Positions 1 through 13,444 are shown, counted from the stretch's first letter. The stretch: 64,000 nucleotides of DNA from Octopus sinensis (GCF_006345805.1 NC_043005.1:79050001-79114000), one strand, 5' to 3'. Notes: a model not told the origin generated them from the sequence alone. Numbers and translations: made by a program.

Positions 1-104
1 CCGATAAGTATCAGGGAAAAGCGAACGACAATTTGTGGGTTTTTTCCGTACCTCTTCAGCATTGTAATGATTTATCGTTATGTACAGCGTAATAAACGTT
101 TCAA

Positions 105-520
105 ATTTTGGTTTGAGGCCAGGATGTTTCTGAAAGAAGGTAAAGTCGATTACGTCGACACCAGTGGGCACCTGGTACATATATTATCAACCTCGAAAGG
201 ATGAAAGATATAGTCGTCCTCGGTGGAATTTGAACTTGGATTATACAGACGGACAAAACGTTGCTAAACATTTTACCTGGCGTGAAACCGAGATCAAAAA
301 CATCCCCCTTAAACATGAAAACGACCCGTTGCAGAGTTCAAATCAGCAATGTTTCAGAGGAGGAGACATTAACAGTACTCTGTGTACGGTACTTAATTTT
401 GTCGACTCCGAATGAATGACAGGCAAATTTTACAAGGATGGGATTTGAACTCAGAACACAAAGAGCTGGAAGAAATGCGAAGGGCATTTTTCCCGAAGCA
501 TTAACGATTCTACCAGCTTG
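105..520 (-). mobile_element. Two degenerate copies of tRNA-derived SINE family A
   Basis: Reverse-strand matches to the family core seen intact elsewhere in the window (gaaaggatgaaag..gtcg.cctcgg.ggaatttgaact at 196-237; ggatttgaactcagaac at 441-457). Confidence 0.75.
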
Positions 521-522
521 TA

Positions 523-742
523 CAGTAATCCCTCGTCATATCGCGGTTCACCTATCGCGGTTTATTATTTAAGCTTACGTCGATTCCTCCATGGTGTTAT
601 TTTGCATTTGTAATAAAATAAATATATACAAATTATAAAAATGATAAAAAGAAATACAGTACAGTACTGTTTCTACTTCGCAGATTTTCCCCAATCGGAG
701 GTCTTTTGGAACGTAGCACCCAGAATAGTCGAGGGGTTACTG
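523..742. mobile_element. pogo/Tigger-type MITE
   Basis: TA|CAGTAATCCCTCG ... CGAGGGGTTACTG|TA terminal inverted repeats with TA flanks; no coding capacity. Confidence 0.85.
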
Positions 743-782
743 TAATTGGCTAATTTCATTTTATTTTTTCGCCCTATGCTTA

Positions 783-1247
783 TACTAATTACTCGCCATA
801 TAGCGGTTCACGTATCGCGTCCTAAGTACATCGCAGATTTTTCTGGCTGATATATGTAAATTCATCTCGCGGACTCCTCAGTATATCACGGGTTTCTGCG
901 GCGGATAGGTATTTATGTTTTTTTATATTTTAATTCTTTTTCTCTGTGGTAAAATAACCATTTTCATGCCTAAAATTTAAATACGGTACAATATTGCACT
1001 GTATAACATATCAATTAAAATATATTAAAAAGAAAAATACGTAGTGCACCATCTATGAATAAACAAAGAACCGTACATACAGTATGAAAAACAAAACTCG
1101 GAAGGCGAGTGTGTGTTATTGTTTTGCATCTATAATAAAATAAATATATGCAAATTATAAAAATAATAATAATAAACATACAGTACAGTACACTTTCTAC
1201 TTGACGGAGTTTCACCTAACGGGGGTTTTTGGAACGAGGGAATACTG
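783..1247. mobile_element. Longer, more degenerate relative of the pogo/Tigger-type MITE
   Basis: Shares gcggttcac.tatcgcg start, the AT-rich interior (aaataaatatat.caaattataaaaat) and right end CGAGGGAATACTG|TA with 523-742. Confidence 0.75.
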
Positions 1248-2287
1248 TATTTTTTCATAGGATATTTAATATTCATTGCTATAAATATGTTAATAATAAC
1301 TTAATAATTGAGATTCATTGTGTTTCCTCTCAACAGAATAATTTGGCGTTTAATCGAAGCCAGTTTGCTCAACAATGATGCCTATTTATAGACACACAGT
1401 TACGTTTTCTCCATTGTAAAAATGCGTAATTAATTCTATTAGCATTTTTGTTATATAGTTTATGTGAAGAAGGAATATAAAAATAAAGTTGGTCATATTA
1501 TAAAGAAGGCCTCAAGCAATCAGTACGTGGAAAGAGCTAAATGAACATAAAGAGGGATTTTGTTAAAAAGAGTGTTTCACTTGGAACCGTTTTCAGAAAA
1601 TTATGAAATTGTTTGAAATTTTTTTCTTTCCAACAACGAGAATTTTGACAAAAATTCTATCTGAAATCCTCTCTACACATTCCGTTCCGCGAATGTGTTG
1701 ATCGCTTGTAGCGGTTGATGCTTATAACTTTATATAATTCAATCATTCAATTGATAATGAACGAAAAATTACATCAAAAATGGTTAATATGCAACTGCAT
1801 TTTGAAGTGGTTTCTGTTCTGCTTTATCTCAAATGAATAGTTTTAATAATCACGTTCTTTCTTTAGATCTTTAGAGTGAATTAGTCATCAAGGACAGAAT
1901 GATACTGGAGAATTGCTTTCAATGTATAAATAAAGCAACAAACAACAGCATAGTTGTTTTAATCTCATTCATAGCAAGGATTGATGTTCGATTAAGTCAT
2001 TAAATTTCAGCTATTTTCCATACCTGAAGTTCCTGGAAGAATTGAAGAGCCTGGAGTGTGATGCGTTTAACACTGGCAACGAATTTTTTCTATATATGAA
2101 GATGACAGAGTTTGTTGTGACCTTGTTCTGCATTAGGTTGGTCAGGGTGGTTGTTTGAAGGAGGAAAGAACTGCACAATTTTGGCAATCTGCCATCTTGT
2201 AATATCTACGATGACGGTTCAGTTCCTAATAGAATTATATCTTCTGTACAAACTGCACGACTCCGAGACCTAACAGTTTTGCCCATA

Positions 2288-2529
2288 CAGTCGTGGCTAA
2301 AAATTTGGGAATATCTTTTAAAAATCAAAATTGTTATGCCTAAGTACAATTCGTTTCAAATATATACATCGTATATATTTGGGCATTTAATATAAAACTT
2401 CTAATTCTCAGACCTATGATCCTAAGTTTTGGCCAAGTAATAATATATTGTAAATTAAATATAACCTCAAGCATCTGATATAAATATTCTAATTTTCGGG
2501 CTTATGTTCCAAACTTTTCGCCACGAATA
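2288..2529. mobile_element. Tc1-type MITE
   Basis: TA|CAGTCGTGGCTAAAAATTTGGGAATA left end and TGTTCCAAACTTTTCGCCACGAATA|TA right end form imperfect inverted repeats. Confidence 0.65.
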
Positions 2530-2744
2530 TAGGTAGTCACCCGGCCTACTAGATTTAGTAGGAAGATTTTCTCGAAATCCTAATCCGGCGTTAAAAGGGG
2601 AAAATAGTTTTGTCACAGCTAGAAAATCTTTGATCGTAACCGGATTAGAAAATAATATTCATTATTCCTTTTCTAGCAACCATTAGTAAATGTAAGAATA
2701 GCACATCATGGTATTTATATCATCATACCAATCTGAATGAGTAT

Positions 2745-2975
2745 CTTAACTCGTGATCACGTGACCGACCAGGTTATCAGATGTTGTTACACATTGCTGG
2801 CCACGATGCATTTTGCATTGTTTTAGCCTTCAAATGATGTCACCAGCTATTTAGGCAAGCAGGCTAACATTCCCCTAACGCGAAATCAAATGTTTTGCTT
2901 AAGAACACAACACACCGCCCGGTCTGGGGATCGAAGCCACCACTAGCGACGTAAACACGAGGCCACGCGCCTTCA
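2745..2975 (-). mobile_element. Degenerate SINE related to family C
   Basis: ttgcttaagaacacaacacaccgcccggtctggggatcgaa matches the head region of copies at 29757-29800 and 42545-42575. Confidence 0.6.
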
Positions 2976-4579
2976 CTAGCGTCCTAATATAAGCCATTAA
3001 AATATGTACCAGTCATACAAGGACAGACGGAGGTCAATCAAGTCTAACCATTTTCAGAACAAATGGGTCAATTAAAACTTGATATAATGAATGGGACCAG
3101 ACGGAACTTGAACATAAACTTTGGAACACGGAACTCTATATCTCGCAGTGCCATCCGACGCTCTGCAATTAATTATAGTCGTGAAAGAAAGGAACGATTT
3201 TGCTAGGAATTGGCCAACCCGTATCTTCCACGACCTGAAGTCGAATATATTCTATGTTCTGGATCTAATATCACCGTGGTTTAGTTTGTATTGCAGTATT
3301 CCCGGGTCGATAAAATAAATAATGATAACTCTTCAATTAACGATATTCCTTCCCAACATCACTTACCATTTTAGTTCACCGTAAGAAATCAATACAGTAA
3401 ACCAGAAAAGGTCGAATCGATGAGGCTGGTCCAGACATTAGGAGTCCAATTTGAGTGCATTCCAGAGCTTAGATAACATTATTTTCACCTCAAAAAATCT
3501 TTAATAATAGATAATAAGGAAATCTTTAATAACAGAAAATCTCTAATGGTAGGCAATAAGAATCCTGGAACATATGTTTCTAAGTTCAAATCTGTCTGAG
3601 GTCAACTTTTTATTATTTCAGCAACTTTAAAATATGTACCTGACATTTTATGTTGATTTAATAGACTTTATCATTTCTCTACAAACATTGTCCCTTGAGC
3701 AGAGCCAAAGGAAATTAATCTGGGGGATATATAACTTAAGCAGTAAACTGATGGAAAAGTATGAGAGAATGAGGTATCTGTATGAACATAAACACGTAAC
3801 TAAGATAGGGAACACAGAGATATGAGGGTAAATATTGCTGATAGGTGGTGTATCAGCGTGAACACAATAAAAATATTGTAAAATTATCCGTGAAATATGA
3901 GAAAGGAGACAATAAAATAATACAGAGAGATAAGGGAATAAAAAAGGAGAATAACAAAGAAATGGTTAGATGAAAGAGAAATCAGACAAGAAGAAAGAAG
4001 ATAAAAGATGAAAGTGAGAAGAATACCAGAAGACAGAAAAAAGAGAACGGACAAAGAGAAAATATGATGAAATAGGAATGGAGAAATCTGAAGTGGAATA
4101 CAAGGAGGAATTTGTGAGAAAAGAAGAAAAAAATGGAAAACAAGAAGGGATAACAAAGAAGTGGAAGGGATAAAAAGAGTTGTGAGTTGAGAGAAAAGAA
4201 AATGACAAAGACCAATTGGGAAATATCAGTAGAAATAAAAACAAAATATAGGAATTAGATGAAAGGTAACGGAGTATAATAGAGACAAAAAATAATAACG
4301 AAGCAGAATGAATGAAAGAAAATAAGAAGTGGAACAGTTAAGAGAAACAAGAGATTATTATTATTTCAATGAAAAAAATCTACTTTTCGGATAAGATTAT
4401 ATTTTTATCTCCTTTTAGTTTTTCTTTTTTTTATTTTTCATTTTAATTCTATTTTCAACCAACCCAGTAACCCTTTCATTTCCACGGGCTCGAAATTCGT
4501 TTTCTGGGAGGCAATGTTTTCCTATTTAAACTGTGCTCAACTAGAAATGTTAGTTATTGGCTGCATCTTATCTCGACTC

Positions 4580-4990
4580 AAGGCGGCGAGCTGATCGTTA
4601 GCACGCCGGGCGAAATGCGTAGCCGTATTTCGTCTGCCGTTACGTTCTGCGTTCAAATTCCGCCGAGGTCGACTTTGCCTTTCATCCTTTCGGGGTCGAT
4701 TAAATAAGTACCAGTTACACACTGGGGTCGATATAATCGATATAATCTGTTTGTCTGTCCTTGTTCCTCCTCTCTGTGTTTAGCCCCTTGTGGGTAGTAA
4801 AGAAATAGGTATTTCGCCCGTCGCTATGTTCTGAGTTCAAATTCCGCCGAGGTCGACTTTGCCTTTCATCCTTTCGGGGTCGATAAATAAAGTACCAGTT
4901 TACCACTGGGGTCGATGTAATCGACTTAATCCCTTTGTCTGTCCTTGTTTGTTCCCTCTATGCTTAGCCCCTTGTGGGCAGTGAAGAAAT
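4580..4990 (+). mobile_element. SINE family A, head plus two body/tail units
   Basis: Head aaggcggcgagctga..cgttagc (A-box-like), B-box-like GTTCAAATTCC, core gcctttcatcctttcggggtcgat.aa.taagtaccag present twice, junction GAAATAGGTATTTC at 4802-4815. Confidence 0.9.
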
Positions 4991-5384
4991 ATATATATTA
5001 TCTCGACACATCAATCAAATTAATTACTTTTTTAAAAATTGATTTAAGAATCAATTCTTGCAAACAGAGGCCGCTAAAAACCATTTGGAATCCGAATGAT
5101 TTTTCAAGGCGTCAAACTGGCTGAGTAGTTAGGGCGTAGAACAAAGCAGTGTGTTGGGGCTCTCATCCTGAGTTCAAATACAGCCATGGATAAATTTCAC
5201 CCTTTATTATCCTTGCAATAAAGTACCTCTCTAGTACGTTTGACTGGCGAAGCTGAAAGAGCATCGGACCTAATGTGTTGTGGTATTAACTTCGGTTGTC
5301 TAAGATCGTGTGTGGTAGATTTACGTCACACAGTTTAGCACCACCACTTGATCCTGGATTACTTCCAGAGGAAGATTATATAGT

Positions 5385-5838
5385 GGTTTCAAATTTTGGC
5401 ACAAGGTCAGTAATTTCGTGGTGGGAGAGAGTATGCCAATTACATCGACCACAGTATTCAACTGTAACTTATTTTATCGATCCCGGGAAGATGGCAGGCA
5501 AAGTCGACCTCCACGGAATTTGAACTCAGAACGTAAAAGCTTCTAAGCATTTTGCCTGATGTGCTAATAATTCTGCCTGCTTGCTGTCTTCTAGTATTTA
5601 TACCTTGGGTGATATTCTTTTCTATTCTAGGCACAAGGCCCAAAATCTTCCGACCACAGTACAAATGAATTAAGTCGATTACATCGACTCCGCGTAACTG
5701 GTGCTTTATTTATCGACCCCGAAAGGATGAATGGCAAAAATCGACCTCGGCGGAATTTGAACTCAGAACGTAAAGACAGACGAAATAACGGTAAGCATTT
5801 CGCCCGGCGTGCTAACGATTCTGCCAGCTCGCTGCCTT
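5385..5838 (-). mobile_element. Two SINE family A copies
   Basis: ttatcga.cc.g.aag.atg..ggcaaa..tcgacctc..cggaatttgaactcagaacgtaaa at 5474-5538 and 5709-5775, each followed by the reverse head. Confidence 0.85.
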
Positions 5839-6774
5839 ACCTTGGGTGGTATTAACGTATCGGATGAAAAAAAACAAAACTTATAGTATATTCTGAGTTC
5901 AGATCCCGCTAAGGATAACTTTGATTCTTATCTTTCGAGGGTTACTGAAATAAAGTTCCAGTCTTGTACAGAGATAGATTTAATTGACTATATGTCTGTA
6001 TCAGTATTATTCAGCACACAAGAACCAAAAATCTCTTTAAGGGATTTCTGAATTCAGTAATTTTACTTCTGTTTTTCATGAGGCAAATTTGGCCAAAGTC
6101 CAGCGAGGTTATTAGAATTTTTGTAGAAGTTAAATAACAAGTATTGCTAGTCACAAAAAAGGTATATGAACCAACGCCTGTAAATACCCAAGAAGTAAAA
6201 CTTTTACAAACATTTCAAAGTCAGGTGTCCCAAACCAAAAAGTTTAAGAGAAAGTGAAGTAGAAGGTCCTTAACTAGTTGTGGGACACATGCTGGTTGCC
6301 AAACGAACTAGTTATCGTGCAGCTTAACTCAACCACGTTATCCGTGGATGCTTATTGTAAGCATACAAGTCAAGCATTAGAAGTCATTAATTTCAACACA
6401 AACGCATATACAGGTACTCACCCGGCTGTACACACACAACTACGGACAGACGCACGTACAGTCACGCATGCCCACCACGCTCGCATGCGCGTAGAATCTT
6501 CATTTACTTTCACCATTACTTTTTCTTATAATCAAACACATATCCGCATCCATTTTTCCTAACCATTTCTTGATAATTTGATGCAATATGTCCGGCAGAA
6601 ATAATTCTTGAGTCTGGTTTATTCACACTTGCAGTGTTAGTCATGCATCGGAAGTTCTACAAATGGTCAAAGCGTTGCCCATCTTTATCTCATTAAAATG
6701 TAAGTAAAAATACAGAAAAATGATAAAAGTACTTTAACGTCTCACATACGTAACATACACCTTATATCTAATAC

Positions 6775-7110
6775 ATGTTTCAGTCATTGGACTGCGGCCA
6801 TGCTGGGCACTCCTTTTAAGGGTTTAGTCGAACAAATCGATTCTCGTGTTTGTCAGTCTGGTGCTTATTTTATTGGTGTCTTTTTTCCGAAACGCTAGGT
6901 CACGGAAACGTAACAGATACACTCGCACTCATATACACATAAATATACATACATACGATGAGCTTCCGAACAGTTTCCATCTACAAGATTCACTCATCAG
7001 TAGCCATTCTGTCCAGGGCGATGGTAGAAGAGTCTTTCCCAAGGTGCCATGCATTAATACTGAACCCGTAACCTGTTGGATGCCAAGTGAGCTTCCTTAA
7101 CCACACCGCT
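6775..7110 (-). mobile_element. SINE family B (CORE-like)
   Basis: tgtttcagtcattggactgcggccatgctgg tail and cccaaggtgcca.gca....actgaaccc head on the reverse strand. Confidence 0.8.
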
Positions 7111-7218
7111 AGGCAAGAAAACAAAACAGAAAAGGAAAACTTTAGATTTTCTCAAAGTATTTATTCAGTCATTTAGCAAAGACCGACTTTAAGAGTGTTT
7201 AATATCTACACAGAACCA

Positions 7219-8402
7219 GAAGCGGTGAGCTGGCAGAAACATTAGCATGCCGGGCGAAATGCTTAGCGGTATTTCGTCTGCCGTTACGTTCTGAGTTCAA
7301 ATTTCGCCGAGGTCGACTTCGCCTTTCATCCCTTCGGGGTCGATAAATTAAGTACCAGTTACGCACTGGGATCGATGTAATCGACTTAATCCGTTTGTCC
7401 TCTCTCTGTTTATCCCCTTGTGGGTAGTAAAGAAATAGGTATTTCGTCTGCCGCTACGTTCTGAGTTCAAATACTGCCGAGGTCGACTTTGCCTTTCATC
7501 CCTTCGGGGTCGATAAATTAAGTACCAGTTACGCACTGGGGTCGATGTAATCGACTTAATACCTATGTCTGTCCTTGTTTGTCCCCTCTATGTTTAGCCC
7601 CTTGTGGGTAATAAAGAAATAGGTATTTCGTCTGCCGCTACGTTCTGAGTTCAAATACTGCCGAGGTCGACTTTGCCTTTCATCCCTTCGGGGTCGATAA
7701 ATTAAGTACCAGTTACGCACTGGGGTCGATGTAATCGACTTAATCCGTTTGTCTGTCCTTGTTTGTCCTCTCTCTGTTTAGCCCCTTGTGGGTAGTAAAG
7801 AAATAGGTATTTCGTCTGCCGCTACGTTCTGAGTTCAAATTCTGCCGAGGTCGACTTTGCCTTTCATCCATTCGGGGTCGATAAATTAAATACCAGTTAT
7901 GCACTGGGGTTGATGTAATCGACTTAATTTATTTGTCTGTCCTTGTTTGTCCCCTCTGTGTGTAGCCCTTTGTGGGCAATAAAGAAATAAGAAACGTTAC
8001 CATGTCAGGCGAAATACTTAGCAGTATTTTGTTTGTCTTTACTTTCTGACTTCAAATTCCACCGGGGTCGACTTTGCCTTTCATCCTTTCGGGGTCGATA
8101 AATTAAGTACCAGTGGCGTACTGGGTTGATCTATTCGACTGGTTCATTCCCCCAAAATTCTGCCTAGAGTAGAAAAGAATATTCCTAAGGCAGCGAGCTG
8201 GCAGAGACGTTAGCACGCCAGGCGAAATGCTTAGCAGTTTTTTCTTTTGTCTTTACGTTCTGAGTTCAAATTCCGCCTTGTTCGACTTTGCCTTTCATCA
8301 TTTCGGAGTCGATAAATTAAGTACCAGTTGCGTACTGGGGTCGATCTAAACGACTGGTCCCCCTCCCCCAAAATTTCGAACCTTGCTCCTAGAGTAGAAA
8401 AG
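7219..8402 (+). mobile_element. Composite SINE family A array (head, four tail-type-1 units, two tail-type-2 copies)
   Basis: Junctions GAAATAGGTATTTC at 7432, 7616 and 7800 (period 184 bp); block flanked by AATATCTACACAGAACCA (7201-7218) and AATATCTACACAAAGCCA (8403-8420). Confidence 0.92.
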
Positions 8403-8887
8403 AATATCTACACAAAGCCAATGCCGGCGCGCTGGCAGAACCTTTAGCCGGCCGGGCCAATTGTTTATCGGCCAGTCATCCAACTTTATGTCTCAGGTTC
8501 GATTTCCTCCGAGTTCGACTTTGCCTTTCAACTATTCCGAGACTGGTAAAGTGAGCATCAGTGAAACACTGGAGTAGGTGTTATCAACTTCACCCCTCCC
8601 TCGACCTTGCTGTCCCGGTGCCAAAAATTTAAATCAGTGTCTACAACGAGGAGATAATTCGAATAAAATTTAGAGGTTCAAAATAATTCGGGTCTCGTTT
8701 TGTTAATTTTAGAGTTGTCTAACAAAATCATGAATGACGGATTTTCAAGACGTTCATGGATTCTATATGAATTTTTCTAAAGCACTTAAATTCTATTACC
8801 GTCTTGGATGGTATATAAGACGTACTTTTTTTTTTACCGAAGAATATCTCAAGAAAATTACCTCAGGTCCTATTAGCAAAGTTGGGA

Positions 8888-9312
8888 GGAAGGAGAAGGA
8901 AGGGGAGAGAGAGGGGTGACGGAATGTTAGAGAGAAGTAGGTAGATAGATAAAGGCAGAGAGAGAAAGAGATAGAGAGGAAGAGAGAGAGACAGAGAGCG
9001 AACGAGAGAGAGGAAGGAAACGAAGGGGAAGGTCACAATTCACTAACTAAACGCCATAGAGATTAACACTTTGCTGTCTTTAAACACATAACAAAAGAAA
9101 TATGGTCATACAGAGAAAGAAAGAAAATGAGAGAGAGAGAGAGAGAGACTGAGGGAGAGAGAGAGGGGGGTATAGAAAGAGAGGAAGAGAGACACTACAA
9201 TTTCTTAATTGAACGCTTTCGATATAAAGACATTCCCTCTCCTCACATACAAAGAGGAGAAATATGCTCACACTTATAAACAGAGGAGGAAAGAGCGAGA
9301 GCAAGAGAGAGC

Positions 9313-9344
<32 letters not shown>

Positions 9345-9362
9345 GAAGAGAGAAGGAGGAAA
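8888..9362. repeat. Purine-rich (GA)n low-complexity tract
   Basis: Repeated gagaga/gaaaga runs. Confidence 0.85.
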
Positions 9363-9729
9363 AAACATTAAAACTTCTCATGTCAAATAAGTCAGCCTCC
9401 AATTAGCGACAGCTTTTACGCGGCGCCAAAATTGTGGAGCCAAAAGCCTCATCCTCTCATCAGCACAGCTAATATCAAAGTATTCCAGCCACAAGCTTCT
9501 AGTTGAATTTTCAGAGAATCTGACAATCTTTGCATCATAACATTGGTAATGAGGTGTTTTTGAATGAGATTTGGCTGTTACTTCTAGCATGACAGCAGAA
9601 CCACATAGTGTCGCCCACTCGTTCTACTAACGTACAACTTACAATACAAAATGTCACAATGCTTGCAAGACAGTTTGCAGTTATGACTAATACACGCCAC
9701 AACGTTGACCTCCTCTTTGCTTTAAGCTT

Positions 9730-10870
9730 TTCACTTTTAACATTCTTTCCTTTTCTTTATTCTGCCATTCTTTTTTCATTTTTTGTCAATTTTCCCTTTC
9801 TTTCCTTCTTTCTTTCTTTCTTTCTTTCTTTCTTCGTCCTTTTGTTTGTTCTTTCCTTCTTTCCTCTCTTCCTCCACTCCCTCCTTCCCCCCACTCTCCT
9901 TCCTTCCTTCTTTCGTTTCTTTCTGTTTTTCTTTTAATTTCTTTCTCATTCTTCTTTCTTTCCTTCTTTCTTTCTCGCCTTCTATTTTTCTTTCGTCCTT
10001 TCTTCCTTTCTTTTTTCTTTTTCCTCTTTCTCTCCTTTCTCACGCATTTTCTTTCACTCTGCCTTTATTACTTTCTTTCGTTGAATCTTTACTTTCTTTC
10101 TTTCTTTCTTACTTACATACTTTCCTTCTTTCCTTCCTTCCTGTCTTCATTCACCATACCTTACTTTTATCCTTTTGCCCTAAGTCACAATTTCCCTTCC
10201 ATTCATTGTATAACATCTCTCTCTTTCTTTCTCTCACTCTCTTTCTCTTACTCTCTTTCTCTCTTTCGTTGCCTATCCATATTTAACTTTGTTCTCATCA
10301 ATAACATCTCTTCATTCTATTCCTAGATCTCAACACCCAATCCGTATCTTTCACGCTCCCTCATTCATTCCCTCGTTCAATCATTCATTGTTAAACTCAT
10401 TTATATACTTATTCCTTTCATTACTCACTTAACTAGATTATCAAAATTCATTCTAAACATCAGTCAGCTCGCTTATTCTCAATCTTACACTCAATCCCAT
10501 TATCGTTTTGGCACTCATTTATTCAATCATTCAGAGACCTTCTAACTCATTCACTCACTTCCTCACTCATCCATCCATTTATTCATATCCCCTCATTCAT
10601 TCACTCATTCATTCATTCATTCATTCACACATTCACGCCCACTCATTCAAACTCACTCATTCATTCACTTATTCCCATCCACTTATTCATTTACTCATTC
10701 ACTCTCTTATTCACTCACTCACTCACTCACTCACACAGTCACTCATTTAGTCAATCAGTCACCTGCTCACTCATTCATGTACTCACTCACACCCACTCTC
10801 ATTGACTCATTAATTCACTCATTCAGTCAGTCACTCATCTGCTCCCTCATTCATTTACTCACTCACAACC
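9730..10870. repeat. Pyrimidine-rich (TTTC/TTCC/TC)n tract followed by degenerate (CATT/CACT)n
   Basis: Directly visible simple repeats; they generate the Phe/Leu/Ser and His/Ser-rich ORFs. Confidence 0.9.
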
Positions 10871-10898
10871 TCTTTCAGTCTTTCTTTCACTTATTATA

Positions 10899-10929
<31 letters not shown>

Positions 10930-11247
10930 TGCATTTCAGGATGGTCTGGAAAATAAACACACGCACTATATATTCGGTCTTGACTCGTTTATTATTGTTT
11001 TATTCTAAGAGAATGAATAACAGAGCAAAAGCACACCCGAAGACTTGTGGTTACTGATGTGTGGCGAAAGATTTCTGGATAATGGACATGAGTTAGAAGA
11101 AGAAGAGTAATAAACGAGTGAAGAACGAATATACAGTGCGTGTGTTTATTTGGCAAAAAAAAATGTCGAAATCCTACAATATCTGTTTTAACACACAGCT
11201 TAACATCAGGAATCTTGCAATGCACATTCATAAACGTATATATATAT

Positions 11248-11278
<31 letters not shown>

Positions 11279-11588
11279 TGCATTTCAGGATGGTCTGGAA
11301 AATAAACACACGCACTATATATTCGGTCTTGACTCGTTTATTATTGTTTTAATTCTAAGAGAATGGAATAAACAGAGCAAAAGCACACCCGAAGACTTGT
11401 GGTTACTGATGTGTGGCGAAAGATTTCTGGATAATGGACATGAGTTAGAAGAAGAAGAGTAATAAACGAGTGAAGAACGAATATACAGTGCGTGTGTTTA
11501 TTTGGCAAAAAAAAAATGTCGAAATCCTACAATATCTGTTTTAACACACAGCTTAACATCAGGAATCTTGCAATGCACATTCATAAAC

Positions 11589-11589
<1 letters not shown>
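10930..11589. repeat. Tandem duplication of ~310 bp bounded by (TA)n tracts
   Basis: gcatttcaggatgg...cataaacg at 10931-11238 and again at 11280-11589; visible differences are single-base indels in homopolymers. Confidence 0.95.
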
Positions 11590-11624
<35 letters not shown>

Positions 11625-11625
<1 letters not shown>

Positions 11626-11942
11626 TCAACAGAACAGCCTGCTCGTGAAATTAACCTGCAAGTGGCTGAGCACTCCACAGACACGTTCTCGAGGAGATTT
11701 AGCGTGACACAGATTGAGACAAGGCTGTTCCTTTGAAATACAGAGACAACAAAAACAGGAAGAAAGGATGAGAGAAAGTTGTGGTGAAAGAGTGCAGCAG
11801 GGTTCGCCACCACCACCTCCTGGAGCCTCGACTTTTAGGTATTTTCGCTCAATAAACAGTCACAATACTCGGTCTGGGAATTGAAATCGCGATCGCACGA
11901 CCGGGAATCGGCTGCCCTAACCACTGTGCCATTGCGCCTCCA
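11625..11942 (-). mobile_element. SINE family C
   Basis: Colinear with 42241-42629 (aacagcctgctcgtgaaattaac ... ctgccctaaccactg.gccattgcgcctc). Confidence 0.9.
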
Positions 11943-11974
11943 CTATATACATATACACACACATATGTGTATAT

Positions 11975-12362
11975 ATGTATATATGTTTATGCGTGTGTCT
12001 TTGTGCCTCAGTTTGTCTCCTCTCCATTGCTTGATAACCGATGCTGGTGTGTTCATGTCCCTGTGACATAGTGGCTCCTCAAACGAAACCGTTTACAAAG
12101 AAACATTCCTAGGGTCGATTTCTTCGATTGAAACCCTTGAAAACGGCGCTCCAGCATGGCCAGCAATCTCGAGGTGGGGTGTTATGTGGATTAATGTACA
12201 CAACTGCTACTTATCTTATCGAGCTCGAAACAATGAAAGGCAAAGTTCACCCCGTCGGAATTTGAACTCAGAAGACTCTTGCCCAAGGTGACATGGAGTG
12301 AGACTTAATTCGGAACCATGTGGATGTGAAGCAAGCTGCTTACCACACAGCCATTCCTGCGC
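11975..12362. mobile_element. Cluster of SINE B and SINE A fragments in both orientations
   Basis: cttgataaccgatgctggtgtgtt..ctccagcatggcc (+, B); atgaaaggcaaagtt..ggaatttgaactcagaa (-, A); cttgcccaaggtg..taccacacagcca.tcctgcgc (-, B head). Confidence 0.75.
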
Positions 12363-12421
12363 TTATATAAGTTGAAGCAAGTACGGAAGAAAAAAAGAGC
12401 TAGATAGACAACAAGAGACAG

Positions 12422-12895
<474 letters not shown>

Positions 12896-13229
12896 AAGGA
12901 AGAGAGAAAGGATATCTATATGACAACGACAGAGAGGTTATGAGAGAGGTGGAGCGAGAACATACGTGTGTCTGAGAGGGAGAAATAGAGAACGTGTGAG
13001 AGTTATAGTAGAGAAATGGACAATGAGAGTAAGAGGTAGACAATGAAAAATGTATTGTGTGAACGCGAAAGTATAGTTATATAAATGCACAAGTGTGTGT
13101 AGACGTGTGAGTGTATCTAAGCGTAAATTGATTAGTTTGTCCGTATATATGAATATGTATATTTGTGTGAATGTACGTTATACGTACACGAACAAGCATA
13201 AATACATATATATAGGATAAACACACACA

Positions 13230-13237
13230 CATATATG

Positions 13238-13275
<38 letters not shown>

Positions 13276-13444
13276 TAAGTATATATATATATATATATAA
13301 TATATGTTTATATGTACGTGTATGTATATGTTCATGTATATGTATATATATTTATATAATATATACATGTGTATATATATATATGTGTACGTATATACAT
13401 ATATATATATATATATGCATGTATATATATATTATATATATGAT

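Noticed and set aside
1900-2210. Possible pogo/Tigger DDE remnant on the minus strand (VQFFPP..QP, similar to FLPPNTT..QPMDQ)
   Set aside because: Needs several frameshifts over a very short motif; cannot be supported without a translated search.
3884-4345. Hydrophobic ORFs resembling membrane proteins
   Set aside because: Reverse complement of a purine-rich low-complexity tract.
7348-7536. Recurrent MRNWYLIYRPRKDERQSRPRRNLN peptide ORFs
   Set aside because: Antisense translation of SINE A; recurrence reflects the repeat, not a gene family.
7432-7990. CRISPR-like regular repeats
   Set aside because: Whole 184-bp units repeat with no unique spacers, and there are no cas genes; eukaryotic SINE array.
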